Part shown: positions 1-11,550 of the stretch, one piece after another
How positions within the stretch are numbered: position 1 is the stretch's first letter
Layout of the letters: each line of letters starts with the position of its first letter
Origin: Rhizodiscina lignyota
Taxonomy: Eukaryota
Length of the DNA stretch: 64,000 bases
Assembly (NCBI GenBank): GCA_010015805.1
Contig: ML978129.1
Coordinates: 744,001-808,000, forward strand
Reading direction: 5' to 3'
The notes under the pieces: generated by a model
Seen by the model: the letters and a program-made list of their open reading frames with translations, nothing else
What the model was told of the DNA's origin: nothing
Database searches by the model: none
Made by a program: the position numbers and the translations under genes

Positions 1-143
1 CAATACGTTCCCTAAACCTCGCCAACGCTTCACACTCCGAAAGTCGTGACCTACATACATCAACGCAATACCTGGAGATCGATGTTTTGAACATTCAATC
101 TTTGGCGCCTAGACTATTCGGAGAAGAGAGATCTTTCAGGGGA

Positions 144-2959
144 ATGGCTTCCTCCATGTCTTCTCCGTACAAAATGGCGACAAATCAGAACGGCAAAACA
201 CCAACTACACAATCTCACACCTCAAACGCCTCGAAGATCTTAGAGAAGAAGACCTCGGGCATCCACCACATGCGTCGCTCTACTCCTGACTCTGAAGCTT
301 TGGCTTCTTCCGACGATGACCATGACCAGAACGCCCTATCACAGTCTGCGCACTCGGCACACTCTGCTCAAAGCGCAAATCTACCAAAACCTGCCCGCCG
401 CGCCTCATGGCTTAGCGAAGTCCAAGCAGGTTCCCAACAACGCAAGTTCTCTATCGGCTCCGCCTCCAATGTCCAGCCAGGTTCTGGCCCTTCGACTCCT
501 GCCCTTGAAGGTGGACCTGGTGGTTGGGGTGTTGGACCAGGCACCATGCGTCCTGGACCATGGTCCGGTGCATGGCAGAGAGAACCTCCAGCCCGTCTGG
601 TAGAAGACGTCCAAGTGGAGGGGTTTATGGGTCGTTATCCTCCCGATGACGATGCCTTGGTCTCACCGACCACCTACCAGTACCCAGGCGAGGACAATGA
701 TGGGTCGTTTCCTTTTCCCATTCCGATGCAGCCTGTAAGAAAGACTTTTCGCTCCCAGTCCTACTCCGTAGGACAAATGGAGGCAGAAGCAAATGCATCA
801 GCCGCCTCCTCAATAAACAACCCTACCATTGCCGCGGGTCACTCAAGAGCTGGAGGACACCAGCACCGCCCATCTCGACCAAGCATGCTTGGCGATGCCA
901 GCGCTGGAAGTGGTCGCCCTGTTCTAGGACAACTTCTTGAGGATGAAGATGATCCACCGCACTCACCTGTCGGCTATACAGGCGCAAACATACCACGTCC
1001 CAACCTTGGGAAGAACGAGCAATCTTCCAACCTCGCTTACGCAAGCTCCGCCTTGTTGAAGCAAGCTGCTGTTGAGAATGCCCTTGCGAAGCAAAGAATA
1101 TCTGGATCCTCAGGACTGGCTGCCTCTGCCGATCCTTACGCTAGGTTTGGTCTCGCTCAGCGTCCCCATCCTGGCATGGCCTCCGATTCCGCTGTTGATG
1201 ACTTGAGCGAAGGTTTGCAGACCCAAGATCCCAACCTTTCCATTGCATCGTCTCGAGAAGGCTCTTACACAATGCTAACATCACGTGCAGAACAAGACTA
1301 CGGAGATAATCGAAGGACTGAGGCGAAGAAGGCATTGTGGCAGACCTCGCTTGGCTTTGGTCCCGTGGATGATGGCTCTCAGAGCCGTCGCCACTCATTC
1401 GCGGAGGTTCCATCGAGGTCCCGCGCGATGTCTTCGTCTCTCCTGTCTCCACGAAGCCATGAAGGACTTGGACCCTCTGCATCTGGTCAACACGACATGG
1501 CAATCAATGATGACCGTAAGTCGCCAGTATTTCGTCTTAGTTCCGAAGATCAGTTTTCCCCAGAAGATTTTCGCGACAATTCTATACTATTTCGCATTGT
1601 CCGGCAAGAATTAGACAAGCAACCCTCTTTTGACCACACGTTCGCAGCACTGTACTTTCGCGGCATCATAACAGACCTACGAACACAGCAGGCAGCCGGC
1701 CAGACTGCTGCACTCCGCGATGCCGCTCATCGTGGCGCTGACGTATCGCAACTTGCGTCTATGAACCCATTTGCGGTACCAAGCGTCATTACAAACCCAC
1801 AGCCGGATCTCTACATCGTTACATTCAAATGCGCGCGCGCTGATGTGTACTACATTCCGGCAAACACTGGATTGCAGGTCAAAGTTGGAGATATGGTCGT
1901 CGTTGAAGGTGATCGTGGCATCGACCTTGGAACTGTCAGCCATGCTCGAATGAGCATGAGCGAGGCGAAGCAGCTAAAAGAGGCGGCAACAGATCAACAC
2001 TTCAACTGGCTGATGATGTTTTCAAGGACCATGCAGTCTGTCACTGGCACGACTCCCTCGACCGGTCTTCTCGCTAATTCGAATGGCGAGCGTCCCAGCG
2101 CTGTTGGAGGGATGGGTCCACGAGTCCCCTTGCCCCCAGCCAGTCAATCTCCCCACGCAGACCATGACATCCGACCCAAGATGATCCGTCGCTTAGCTCA
2201 AAACCATGAGATTCAAATGCTTCGCGACAAGGAGGGCGCCGAAGCCAAGGCAAAGCGAGTATGCCAAAGCAAGGTCAGCGACCACGGTTTGAATATGGAG
2301 ATCTTGGACGCAGAATTCCAATTGTAAGTTCTAATCTACAACTCCCTTTGTGTCCCGATAGTCCATACTGACTGCAGGACAGTGACTGGAAGAAGTTGAC
2401 CTACTTCTACTACGCTGAGTCCTATGTGAACTTCAACGAGCTGGTCACAGACCTTTTCAAGGTCTATAAGACACGCATCTGGATGTCCGCCATCAATCCG
2501 GCGTCGTTTGCCAGCCCCACTGGCGCACTAACTCAACCTGGCGCTGTTGTTCCTCCTGGCGCAACCACTCCCATATCACCCATCGGATCGCGAGAGAAAG
2601 GCCCACACCGTGCCACTAGCCGCGAGCCGATAATTCATGGTGAGGACACTGGACATCGCTATGTGCCATATACGTCCATGTATGGCCAAGTGCAAGCAGC
2701 TGCACCCATGCCGTTCAGCAGTCCATGGGCGCCATCGCCAGCGCCTCCTTTGCCACCACAAAACTTGGGATACGGATCACCAGACTCGCCGTATGCTGGC
2801 TACCCTCCAGCTCTCCCTCCCGGCCCTTTGGCCCAGTTCTACAACTTCCGAGAGCCACCGAATGCCGGCAGTCAATCCTACGCGCCTGGAGCTGCGATGA
2901 GTCAAGAGGACATGGCAAACCAGCTGCACAATCTTTCACTCGGTGCACAGCACCACTGA
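144..2959 (+). CDS. PSP1 C-terminal domain protein
   Basis: Long low-complexity N-terminus, then YIVTFKCARADVYY, VVVEGDRGIDLGTV and MEILDAEFQ. Intron 2324-2382 (GTAAGT..ACAG) joins this to FDWKKLTYFYYAESYVNFNELVTDLFKVYKTRIWMSA, the PSP1 C-terminal motif. First in-frame ATG is at 144. Confidence 0.88.
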
Positions 2960-3875
2960 ACTCCTCATGATCTGAATTCAGGCAAAAACTTCAAGAATTT
3001 CACCACTTTCACACTCAAGATCTGAACGGCGCATGACTCATGCTTTCAACGACACGTTGCCAACTTTACTGCTTCACTCACCAAAGCGTTTAAAAGCGAG
3101 AAAAACGGGCTTTCAGCGTCTCACGATGCATCTCTGGATGTGGGCCAAAATATGACATTTCTCACGAAGGACTGACAGTGGCTACGAACTCGTGGCGTCA
3201 CCATGGCTTTCAACTTGCGATGTTACTGCTTTCTTTCTCACGGCCTTCTTTGCTCTTGAGACACTGCTTCGGAAGGGAATGTAATGACGGGTGGGATTTC
3301 TTTCTCTGTTTTTGCCTTTACTCTTGACGATCTTTGCTCTCTTGCTCTCTTGCTCTCTCGAGACTTTGCTTGCACTCGCTGCGCACTTGCGAAGCGATGA
3401 AGAGAATGAGAGGAAAATACTGCTCTCGGGACCCACTTTGGAGGAGAACAAAGAACGGGACAGCTTTGCGAGAGATACTATAGGCCAGGAGAAGCCTCAA
3501 AACATGTATTTAACTTAACGGAGGCAAAATTGCAAGTTGCTTGCTTTAAATTCGATTTTGAAATCACCTCACTTCACCGCGTGATGTGCGTAAGTCATGT
3601 TGCCTGACCTCGATCGCGCCTGCCTTTTTCACGGCAGACGGCCACTCACTCTGATGATAACGCAAAAACAACTCTCAATAATCGACGTGCGCTTATTCCT
3701 ATGCACTTCAAGTCGATACATAAAGTTGCTCCCGCATATTCCAAAACCTGCCGTAGGTCTTCAGCGTACGCGGATGACTCTGTGCAAAGTCTTGACGCAC
3801 ACTTTAATCCTGTATACTATGCGTAGGCAACGGAACACTACTCCTTATCCATAGTTCTCCTATTATTCACGAACA

Positions 3876-4607
3876 ATGTCCTCGGAAACGCGTCAAAAAT
3901 CCTCACTGCGGGGTTCTCGCTCATACGACGCCACTTCAAGCGATGACGACGACGATCCAGGCAGAACCGAAAGCCAGTGAGGAATTTTGAGACTTGGATT
4001 GCTAGCACACCTACTCATTGACACTTGCGCGTGCGTTAGGCAAATACTCGCAAACGCAAAAGCGGCGACCAAGGCAAGAGAGAAGGACGAGTTCGCCGCA
4101 CAGTCTCGAGACAGAATCCAGGGAGACAGCGCAGAGTTCGAAAAGCTGATAACAGATCGGAGCAATCATGCGTACGACCAGTCATACCTCTCATACAGTA
4201 GAGAAACTAATGATATTAGTCGACTGATGGACGCGAAGATTGAAGATTTCGTTCGAATGGGAATATCGGCGGTCTCGGCAGCCTCTTTACACTCGCCTTC
4301 AAGCTCGAGAAGCAACCGTGATACGAACACTGCATCGGACAGCAGCTCGCGGTTTCTGTTCAGCGCGGCTGATTCGGTTCTCAAAGCATCAGCCAGATTG
4401 ATGGAAAAATATGCCAACATTAACGAGCTACTTAAGAAGGGACGCGCCCTGATCGAGCAGGACATTCAGAGATTAACACAGACCGGCAAAGCTATCGTGA
4501 TGCGGCGACTGGAAAGAGTCGTTGAGACTAAAACGAGAAACGAGAATATGAATGAGGAGACAGACTCCGTCACAGACAAAGAAAGCACGGGCAAGCTTCA
4601 GCGATAG
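3876..4607 (+). CDS. Hypothetical protein (spliced); C-terminus possibly frameshifted
   Basis: ATG 3876 (MSSETRQKSS...). Intron 3977-4039 (GTGAGG..TTAG) joins it to ORF 3987-4607. Probable in-frame intron 4172-4219 (GTACGA..ACTAAT..TAG). Helical, charged protein with no recognised domain. Confidence 0.55.
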
Positions 4608-6176
4608 CAAGCCTGTCGACCAGACATTGCTACACATGCTAAGGAACACGGAAAGGGGCGTGCGAAGGATCACAAAGGATCTGCCATCGGACTGACCGAG
4701 GCATCACATCCTTGACATCTGCCTTGAAGATTCTACGGACAAGGCGAGGCCCTTCTTGAACAAAACCCAAAGGACATCTGAGGTTTGTGGAGAGTTTGAA
4801 ACACCCTTCTTGTTTCGATACGCCGTTTACGAGTATTTCTTGTCCTTTCTGTCATGCTCTTTGAAAAGTTCCGGCTTCCGAACAATGCTTCAGACTTTGC
4901 ATGAACTATCATCCACTATCTCCCAGATTAAGGATGCCGTTCGTCGGAAGGAATATGACCCCAAATAGTACTGATAATCTTTGTTGCGAAGATCGATCGG
5001 TCAACTAAGCTATTCTCCTGGAAACGGTATCGACTTCCGTTTCAAAACACTTGCACATTGGTCTGAAGAATGCTTTTTGTCTTCTTATTGCTTTATAGAT
5101 GGTGAGGTTCCATCGTGACTTGCCAGTTTTGTTGTCAATTTCCGAGCCGTGCGGCAGATTTCTACGCCCACACGCCACCTTTGTACATAGCGTCTCTCCA
5201 CAACCACGGTTTGAAAGGTCCATCATTGCGAATTCGGGTCGCTCCGCAAATTCGGTCGTCGCCAATCTCCCGTAAGCGAAAAGATTGCCAAAGCCGCCGG
5301 CAGATTTTCCCAGATTTTCAGCAGGGCTCGTGGGTTGTTCTGGGCACCTGAGAAGCTGTGTGTTCTGGCAGCAAAATCCTTGTACGCCAACGATGATTGG
5401 CCAGAGGACGAAAGAGCCTCCCGGCGCTGAAACCCTCCCTTGGCGCTTCCGAACTTTAAGGACTCTTAACAACGCCTTCGTGCGACGAATGCGACGAATG
5501 AAGCTCCCAGGACAGCTTTTGCTCCTGAAACAATCGAAGCTGGGTCTTCCCTCTTCCTTCCTTGCCACGGAGTTGGAATCGGCTATCACCTGCTATGTGT
5601 GGGCAGTGCCGATGATTGCTCGCTGCTGGCGCGGCCCTTGGGACTTTTGTTTCTACGGCGTTTCACGAAACCTATGATTGCAGGCCAATGTCCCTACCTG
5701 TTTATACCAAACGTCCAGCGCCACGAATGACAAGGAGCCGACAGCCTACCGGAAGTCACGCTGGATGTTCCTGCATGGATTCTTTCGGGGGCTTTCGTTG
5801 TCTCTCCCACTGACAGAGCAAAGATTCTGTACCTCTGAAATGGCCATGTGGGCCTGAGTTGCAGAAACAAGCCTTTTGGCGTGCCCTGAATACCCACTTC
5901 CGGTGATCAGATTGTTCCAGGCTCGACTTGACAGTGTGCCGAATGAGCATTTGCAATGCAACTTTAGACAATAGGGTGGTGACTGCCTAGCGGGCTTGAC
6001 CACCCCCTTTCACCCTATATACATATCGGCGAGTTGTCACCATGGCGTCTTTCTTCACTCCATTCGATTTCCAGCTACGTGGTGAAAAGCTGCCGGGCCT
6101 CTTTTTCGTTCTCTTTTATTCTTCATTCCTTTGCTCGCCGTGCCTTAGTTGCATAGCATCCACTCCTTAAACAACC

Positions 6177-7744
6177 ATGCAGTTCTACACACTCCTTACC
6201 ACTCTTGCGCTCGTCAAGTCTGGCATAGCCGGCTATGCCATTCAGGATGATTACGGCGCCTCGGACTTCTTTGGCATGTTCGATTTTTTCACTGATAGCG
6301 ATCCGACTCACGGATACGGTGAGGAATGCTGGGACCCTGCAATTATGTGCGGCGCTGATCATAGAAACAGTCGAGTATGTCGATCAGGGAACGGCCCAGA
6401 GCAGCGGCTTGATCAACTCCTCCTCGAACAGCATCTACATCGGCGTGGACTCTACCAACACGGCTGGCTCAAATGGCAGGAATTCAGTTCGCCTCACCAG
6501 CACGGCGTCTTACAACGACGGTCTCGTCATTCTCGACCTCGCCCACATGCCTGGCAGTGTCTGCGGCACCTGGCCAGCATTCTGGCTGGTTGGGCCAAAC
6601 TGGCCCAACAAGTAAGCTTTGTCTCCGTACCCCCTTTAAATCCATCTGCTTATTGTCTTGATAGCGGCGAGATCGATATCATCGAAGGCGTCAACTCGCA
6701 GCAGTCCAACGCGATGACTCTCCACACTGGCCCGGGATGCAGCATCTCCTCCAGCGGCGATTTCAGCGGCAGCGTCTCCACTACAAACTGTGATGTCAAC
6801 GCTGCCGGGCAGGCGCAGAACGCTGGCTGCTCGATCGACACAAACGACGACTCGACCTATGGGGATGGGTTCAACAACGCGAACGGCGGTGTGTATGCTA
6901 CGGAGTGGACCTCGGACTCCATCAGCATCTACCACTGGCCTCGTTCTCAGATCCCATCGGACATCACCAGCGGCTCCCCCGATCCAAGCGGCTGGGGCAC
7001 TCCGCTCGCGCAGTTCAGCGGCTCCTGCGACATCTCCAGCGCGTTCAAGGACATGCAGATTGTCTTCGACCTCACCTTCTGTAAGCAATGCCGTGCACAG
7101 CCATGTTTGTCGGCTACTGACCTGTTGCAGGCGGCGACTGGGCCGGCAACGTGTGGAGCTCCGACTCCACCTGCAGCTCCAAGGCAGACACCTGCCAGGA
7201 CTATGTGCAGAACAACCCGTCTGCGTTCACCGACTCGTACTGGGAGATCAACTCGTTGAAGGTCTACCAGTCTGGCGGCTCGTACGTCGAGTCGCAGGCC
7301 GAGGCTTCTCCGGCCAGCTCGAAGCAGGCGCTCCCTGCCACAACCCTCCAGACGTCTGCAAAGGTTGCTCCGTCTACATCGTCTACGACTTCGACTCCGG
7401 CCCCTGCGCCGCCGACGCCTACTCCCGCGCCTCCTGCCTCATCTCAGACCACTTCCGTAAGCTCTTCCAAATCCTACTCAAGTGTCATCTTCACACTTCC
7501 GCGTTCCTCCTCGACCAATTCCGTCTTCAAGAAAGCTAGCTAACACCCACCTCTATAGTCTCCCGCAGAGTCTTCCCCCGCCGCCACCGTGCAGAAGGGC
7601 CAGCCGCTCCAGTTTGGCTGGTTCGGCGAGGGCAGCGACGGCATCCCCAACAGCAAGAAGGAGAAGCACCGTCGGCATGTTGAGCGCCACTTGCAGGCGC
7701 ACCAGCGCCGATTCGCGCACAGCCATGCGCATGGCATGATCTGA
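6177..7744 (+). CDS. Secreted GH16 endo-1,3(4)-beta-glucanase (fungal Lam16A-like) with Ser/Thr/Pro linker and His/Arg-rich tail
   Basis: Signal peptide [18 protein letters not shown]. Introns 6319-6370, 6612-6664, 7081-7130 and 7457-7558 restore [31 protein letters not shown] (catalytic EIDIIE) and LTFCGDWAGNV. Ends HAHGMI-TGA at 7744. Confidence 0.93.
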
Positions 7745-8187
7745 GTGTCTGCCTCTGCGTACAGCAGGCGACGCGTTGAATGGAACTTTGATGCGTCGGC
7801 TTGGCGTACAGAGCGCTCGCACTTGAACGATGGGATACGGGCGAAATGGAAAAAGGGATTTCATTCTACTGTATATACTTGAAACATGGCTTGGGACTTT
7901 AGAATTGGGCATTGCGGCATTGCGCCGGGGTCTGGGATGGCATACATATCATCGGCAAAAGTGTCGATATATACGAGAAATCTACGAAGAATATCTTATG
8001 CCGAGATCAGTGGTGCTTCTCTTCGCACGTAGATGCAAGCCCGACTAATCGTTCGTAGCGATTGCCTATTGCTATGCCATAGTAAAGATCATCAAATCGT
8101 CCCTAGTGAATGCGTATCGAATCCAGAACGCCACCAATGCAGTCTTGCGTTTACCTTGTGCTGACGTAACAACGTCCTATGGGTTAT

Positions 8188-9469
8188 TTATTCATTGACA
8201 TTATCACATCCCTCGAGCATTTTCCTAATGACGCCCATCAACGTCCCATTCTCCAGCGCAGCAGCTACCCTCTCCTTATCGCCCAGTTGCTTATTCACCT
8301 GGTCGGCTGTGCTGTGCGTGCCCTCTTTGATCCGCACGTCGATTCTGAAGCGCGGAGGCAGCGCCTGCTCCAATCGGACTCGGACACCGAGACCGATGAC
8401 CGTGGCAAGCGAACAGTGCGTGATTGTTGGGGTGATGAGGACACGCACGGTGGAGATCCGGGACGCCGTGGACGCAGGAGGCACGATGTGGATGTCTGGC
8501 AGGTTGACGACGGCGAGGGACCCTAGAGTTAGGGGATGTTCTGGATCAGAGATGGGCGCGATGAGGTCTGCAAGATGTGAGTGTTAGCATGTGATAACAG
8601 CATGACGACTTCCGCGGAAACGGCGGCTAGCATGAAAAATCCTGTAAAAAGTTCAATGCTCGATGGTGTCGGTGTGCGCAGAGACTTGTCGTTGGGACGT
8701 CGTCGGCCGGCATGAGGCGAAATAGAATGGACCCGCGCGCCGCTGCAAAGCGCGTGTAAGGCACTGCAAGCAACAAACGGCGAGATCTGAGACTGTTTAA
8801 GAGTTTGGGGGCCGGCGGATTAAGAAGGAGCATATCGGCCTAGGCACGCTTTCGGAATGGCGATGCGCACCAGATCGCTGCGTGCGCTTGCCGAGAGGCA
8901 AGGCTTGATGGGGAGCGAAGTGGCATCCACGATCCAGGGTGGCAGCTGCGCGAAGCGAGATTCGAATCGACGAGGAGAGGCCGACGCCTGTGCAATGCGC
9001 GCAGCTTTGGTGGAGAAGTAACGTAAAGCCATGGCACGATGGCATGGTGTGATTGAGCGTGTTTCGAAGGAAGAGGTCTTGTGCTCGTGCGAGTTTGAGA
9101 GAGTACATACGATGGGCCTGGGGACCGGGATGCGGAGAGTGCGGAATGGAATTTTGTGATTGGGAGGAGGGAGGAAAAGACAGAAGGCATACCGTAAATC
9201 TCTTGCTCATCAATCTCCTCCAGCACGTCATCGTCGCCAAAGTCGGAGGAGGATGGTGAGGAAGCGTCAGAGTCGACAGGCAGAGGTGCAGCAAAGGGGT
9301 CGTAGGCATGGGAGGAGCGCGCGATTGCGGGGATGAGTCCGTCAAACAGGCCTGTTCCTCCGTCCGTGCGCCGTTTGATGGAGGAGATGTTGTCGGACTG
9401 CCGACGGCGGGTGGGAAGGTCGGAGGGATTGATGATGGTCGGGTTGGCGTTGTCCTTGTCCGGGTCCAT
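8188..9469 (-). CDS. CIA2: CIA2/MIP18 (FAM96B) cytosolic Fe-S assembly targeting protein
   Basis: Exon 1 MDPDKDNANPTII...EEIDEQEIY, intron 9192-8568, exon 2 DLIAPISDPEHPLTLGSLAVV...TPTITHCSLATVIGLGVRVRL...GTHSTADQVNKQLGDKERVAAALEN. These are canonical MIP18-family motifs. Confidence 0.93.
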
Positions 9470-11520
9470 GGTGCGCGGGAGGGCAGCAGACGTGAGTGGC
9501 GAGTGTCGCGAGCGCGATATGCCTGCCGGACGTCGTCTGATGTGGATGTCGCGTTGCCGAGTTGCGATGTGCTGCTTGACGGAGGCTGTGATGCGCTGGT
9601 GGAAGATTCGATGCGGGAGATCAGGAGGAATATTACGATCTGGAGCAGCGGTGCGTGATGACTGATATCAGATGGGCCGGGATGGGGATGATAGATGATG
9701 GAGGAGCATAAGGCGTAGCGTGGTTGTCCGTCGCACTGACGGCAGCATAAAGGAGGAGAAGGTTTTACACAACAGCAACAGTCAAACGGCAGGCAGTGCT
9801 CTGCAGGGTCCACGCGGAGCCAAGATGCTTCCCATGGAGCTGGGAATGGCCCGCGATGCCCATGACTGAAACGCGAGCAGTGCATGAGACGAGAGTGGAC
9901 CGGCAACTTACCGACCAACGGCAGGCAGTGCGGAGTGTTTCGCTCGCTCCCCTTTCCTACAACTACACTCACCTGCGTGCCGGGGCCGGGCAGCGCACCC
10001 TGCCGCGCATCTCCGACTCCATCTCCTGCTTGCGAGATATGGCGACCGGGAAGCTGCTGGCTTTGCCAATTGCGTCGATTACTTAAGCCAGCATCCGCCG
10101 GAGACGCCGAAATCACGAGCACGCGGCGGCCGGATTCGTCAACGCGAGCCTCCAACTCGCCGGCCGCCTCTGAAACGCGCTGCAACCAGAATGTTTCCAT
10201 TATTCCGATGACGTCCAGCTTTTCCGCTATCATCGCGACATACGCGTGAGCACAGCATTCACCCATTTCTCCCAAGTGCTGGTTACATGAATCTGCGTCG
10301 GTAGGTACGTAACGGCTCCACCAGCCTCTCTTCCACGCCGCACATCAAACAGTCGCGCTCGCCTCGGCTCATGCCCCAGAGCCTTTATCCGCCGTCCATC
10401 GTCTTGATATCGATTTCTGATCTGCCCCTGGATGCCCAGGTCTCGCGTGAAATGAAGGCCGGCCCAGGCGACAGCTGGACGGTAGCGAGCCTGGCGACTC
10501 AATAATCGTCAATACCTGCACCTCCGCATTCCGTTGAGCCACAGCCGGCAGCCTCGATCCTTCGGCGAGCAGACGTTCGTTGAAATTGCGTCGACGCACA
10601 ATTCGGGCGGTTTGCGTGCGTTGCACTCTTACTGACTAGACTCCGGCTCACGGCGCCCCTGCTTCGCGTGTCACTCCAGCGTCCGCCACGCGTGCCGTCC
10701 GCACAAGGCTGCTGCACAATGACCTCGTGCAGCTCCCTCTCATTGCTCCGTCCCGCTGCTTGGGCGCGCCATCCATGTTTTCTAGAAGATTTCTATGCAC
10801 CCTCTTAAGTGCTGACCTCGGACGAAAAGGGAGACGAACTGTGCCAGCAGCCCTGATCCTACCCTCCCACGAGCCCGCCAGGTTCCACTTCTGACGCCCT
10901 CTGTTTTGGGCAGTTGCTCCGCGCATGCTGGATTGGTGCAATCACCTGAGGCAAGAGACGTTCGTTTCCTCTCTTCACTGTAAGAAGCCATCATGTCTTG
11001 CTATGTATGACATGTACGCACTTGCATGTCGGCAGAATCGGTCTGATACAAGGTGCGCTCTCGCACTCCGATCGCTCGTCGGCACGCCGCCGCTGCGTAT
11101 CATCTGGTGTTTTACCATTGCGCGCCAGCTCCTTCAATCTGTCTTCATACTCGCACACCGTTCCTTCTGTCGCGTGCCCAGCATTGCCTGCGGGAAACAT
11201 GCTTCCTCGCTCCAGTGTTTGCTGTGTCCTCGCGTAGCTATTGTAGGTACATTCTAAAACGAAGGATCCCAATGTCATTGTATCCCCTGACAGCGAGTCT
11301 CTGGTCCCTTACCGAGCATGTGCCAGCCCTACGAGAGAGCACCACTCGCAGCTGGAGGAATACATGCTGGGCCAAATAGGCTTTGGGGGCCGCGGCAGCG
11401 TCATGTCATGTCAGCCTCTGCTCGCCTCTCTGGAATCATGACGATAGCCGCACTACACACGTACATCTTGTTGCTATCTTACACCCAATACTCCCAAAGT
11501 GGGAACGAGGCATGCTTAAG

Positions 11521-11550
11521 TGCTTAGGGCTGCGCCGTGAGCCCTAAGCA
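11521..11550. repeat. Perfect 11-bp inverted repeat containing TTAGGG/CCCTAA
   Basis: TGCTTAGGGCT (11521-11531), 8-nt spacer, AGCCCTAAGCA (11540-11550). Confidence 0.85.

Noticed and set aside
5005..5677. Overlapping 194-aa (-) and 130-aa (+) ORFs upstream of the GH16
   Set aside because: Non-ATG starts, no recognisable motif and no clear splice support. Probably promoter or intergenic DNA.
8959..8968. GATTCGAATC resembling a tRNA T-loop/B box
   Set aside because: It lacks the GGTTCGA consensus, and I could not build a cloverleaf around it.
8797..10275. 492-aa minus-strand ORF overlapping CIA2
   Set aside because: It lies in a different frame from the conserved CIA2 exon, has low-complexity composition typical of GC-rich DNA and shows no motifs.
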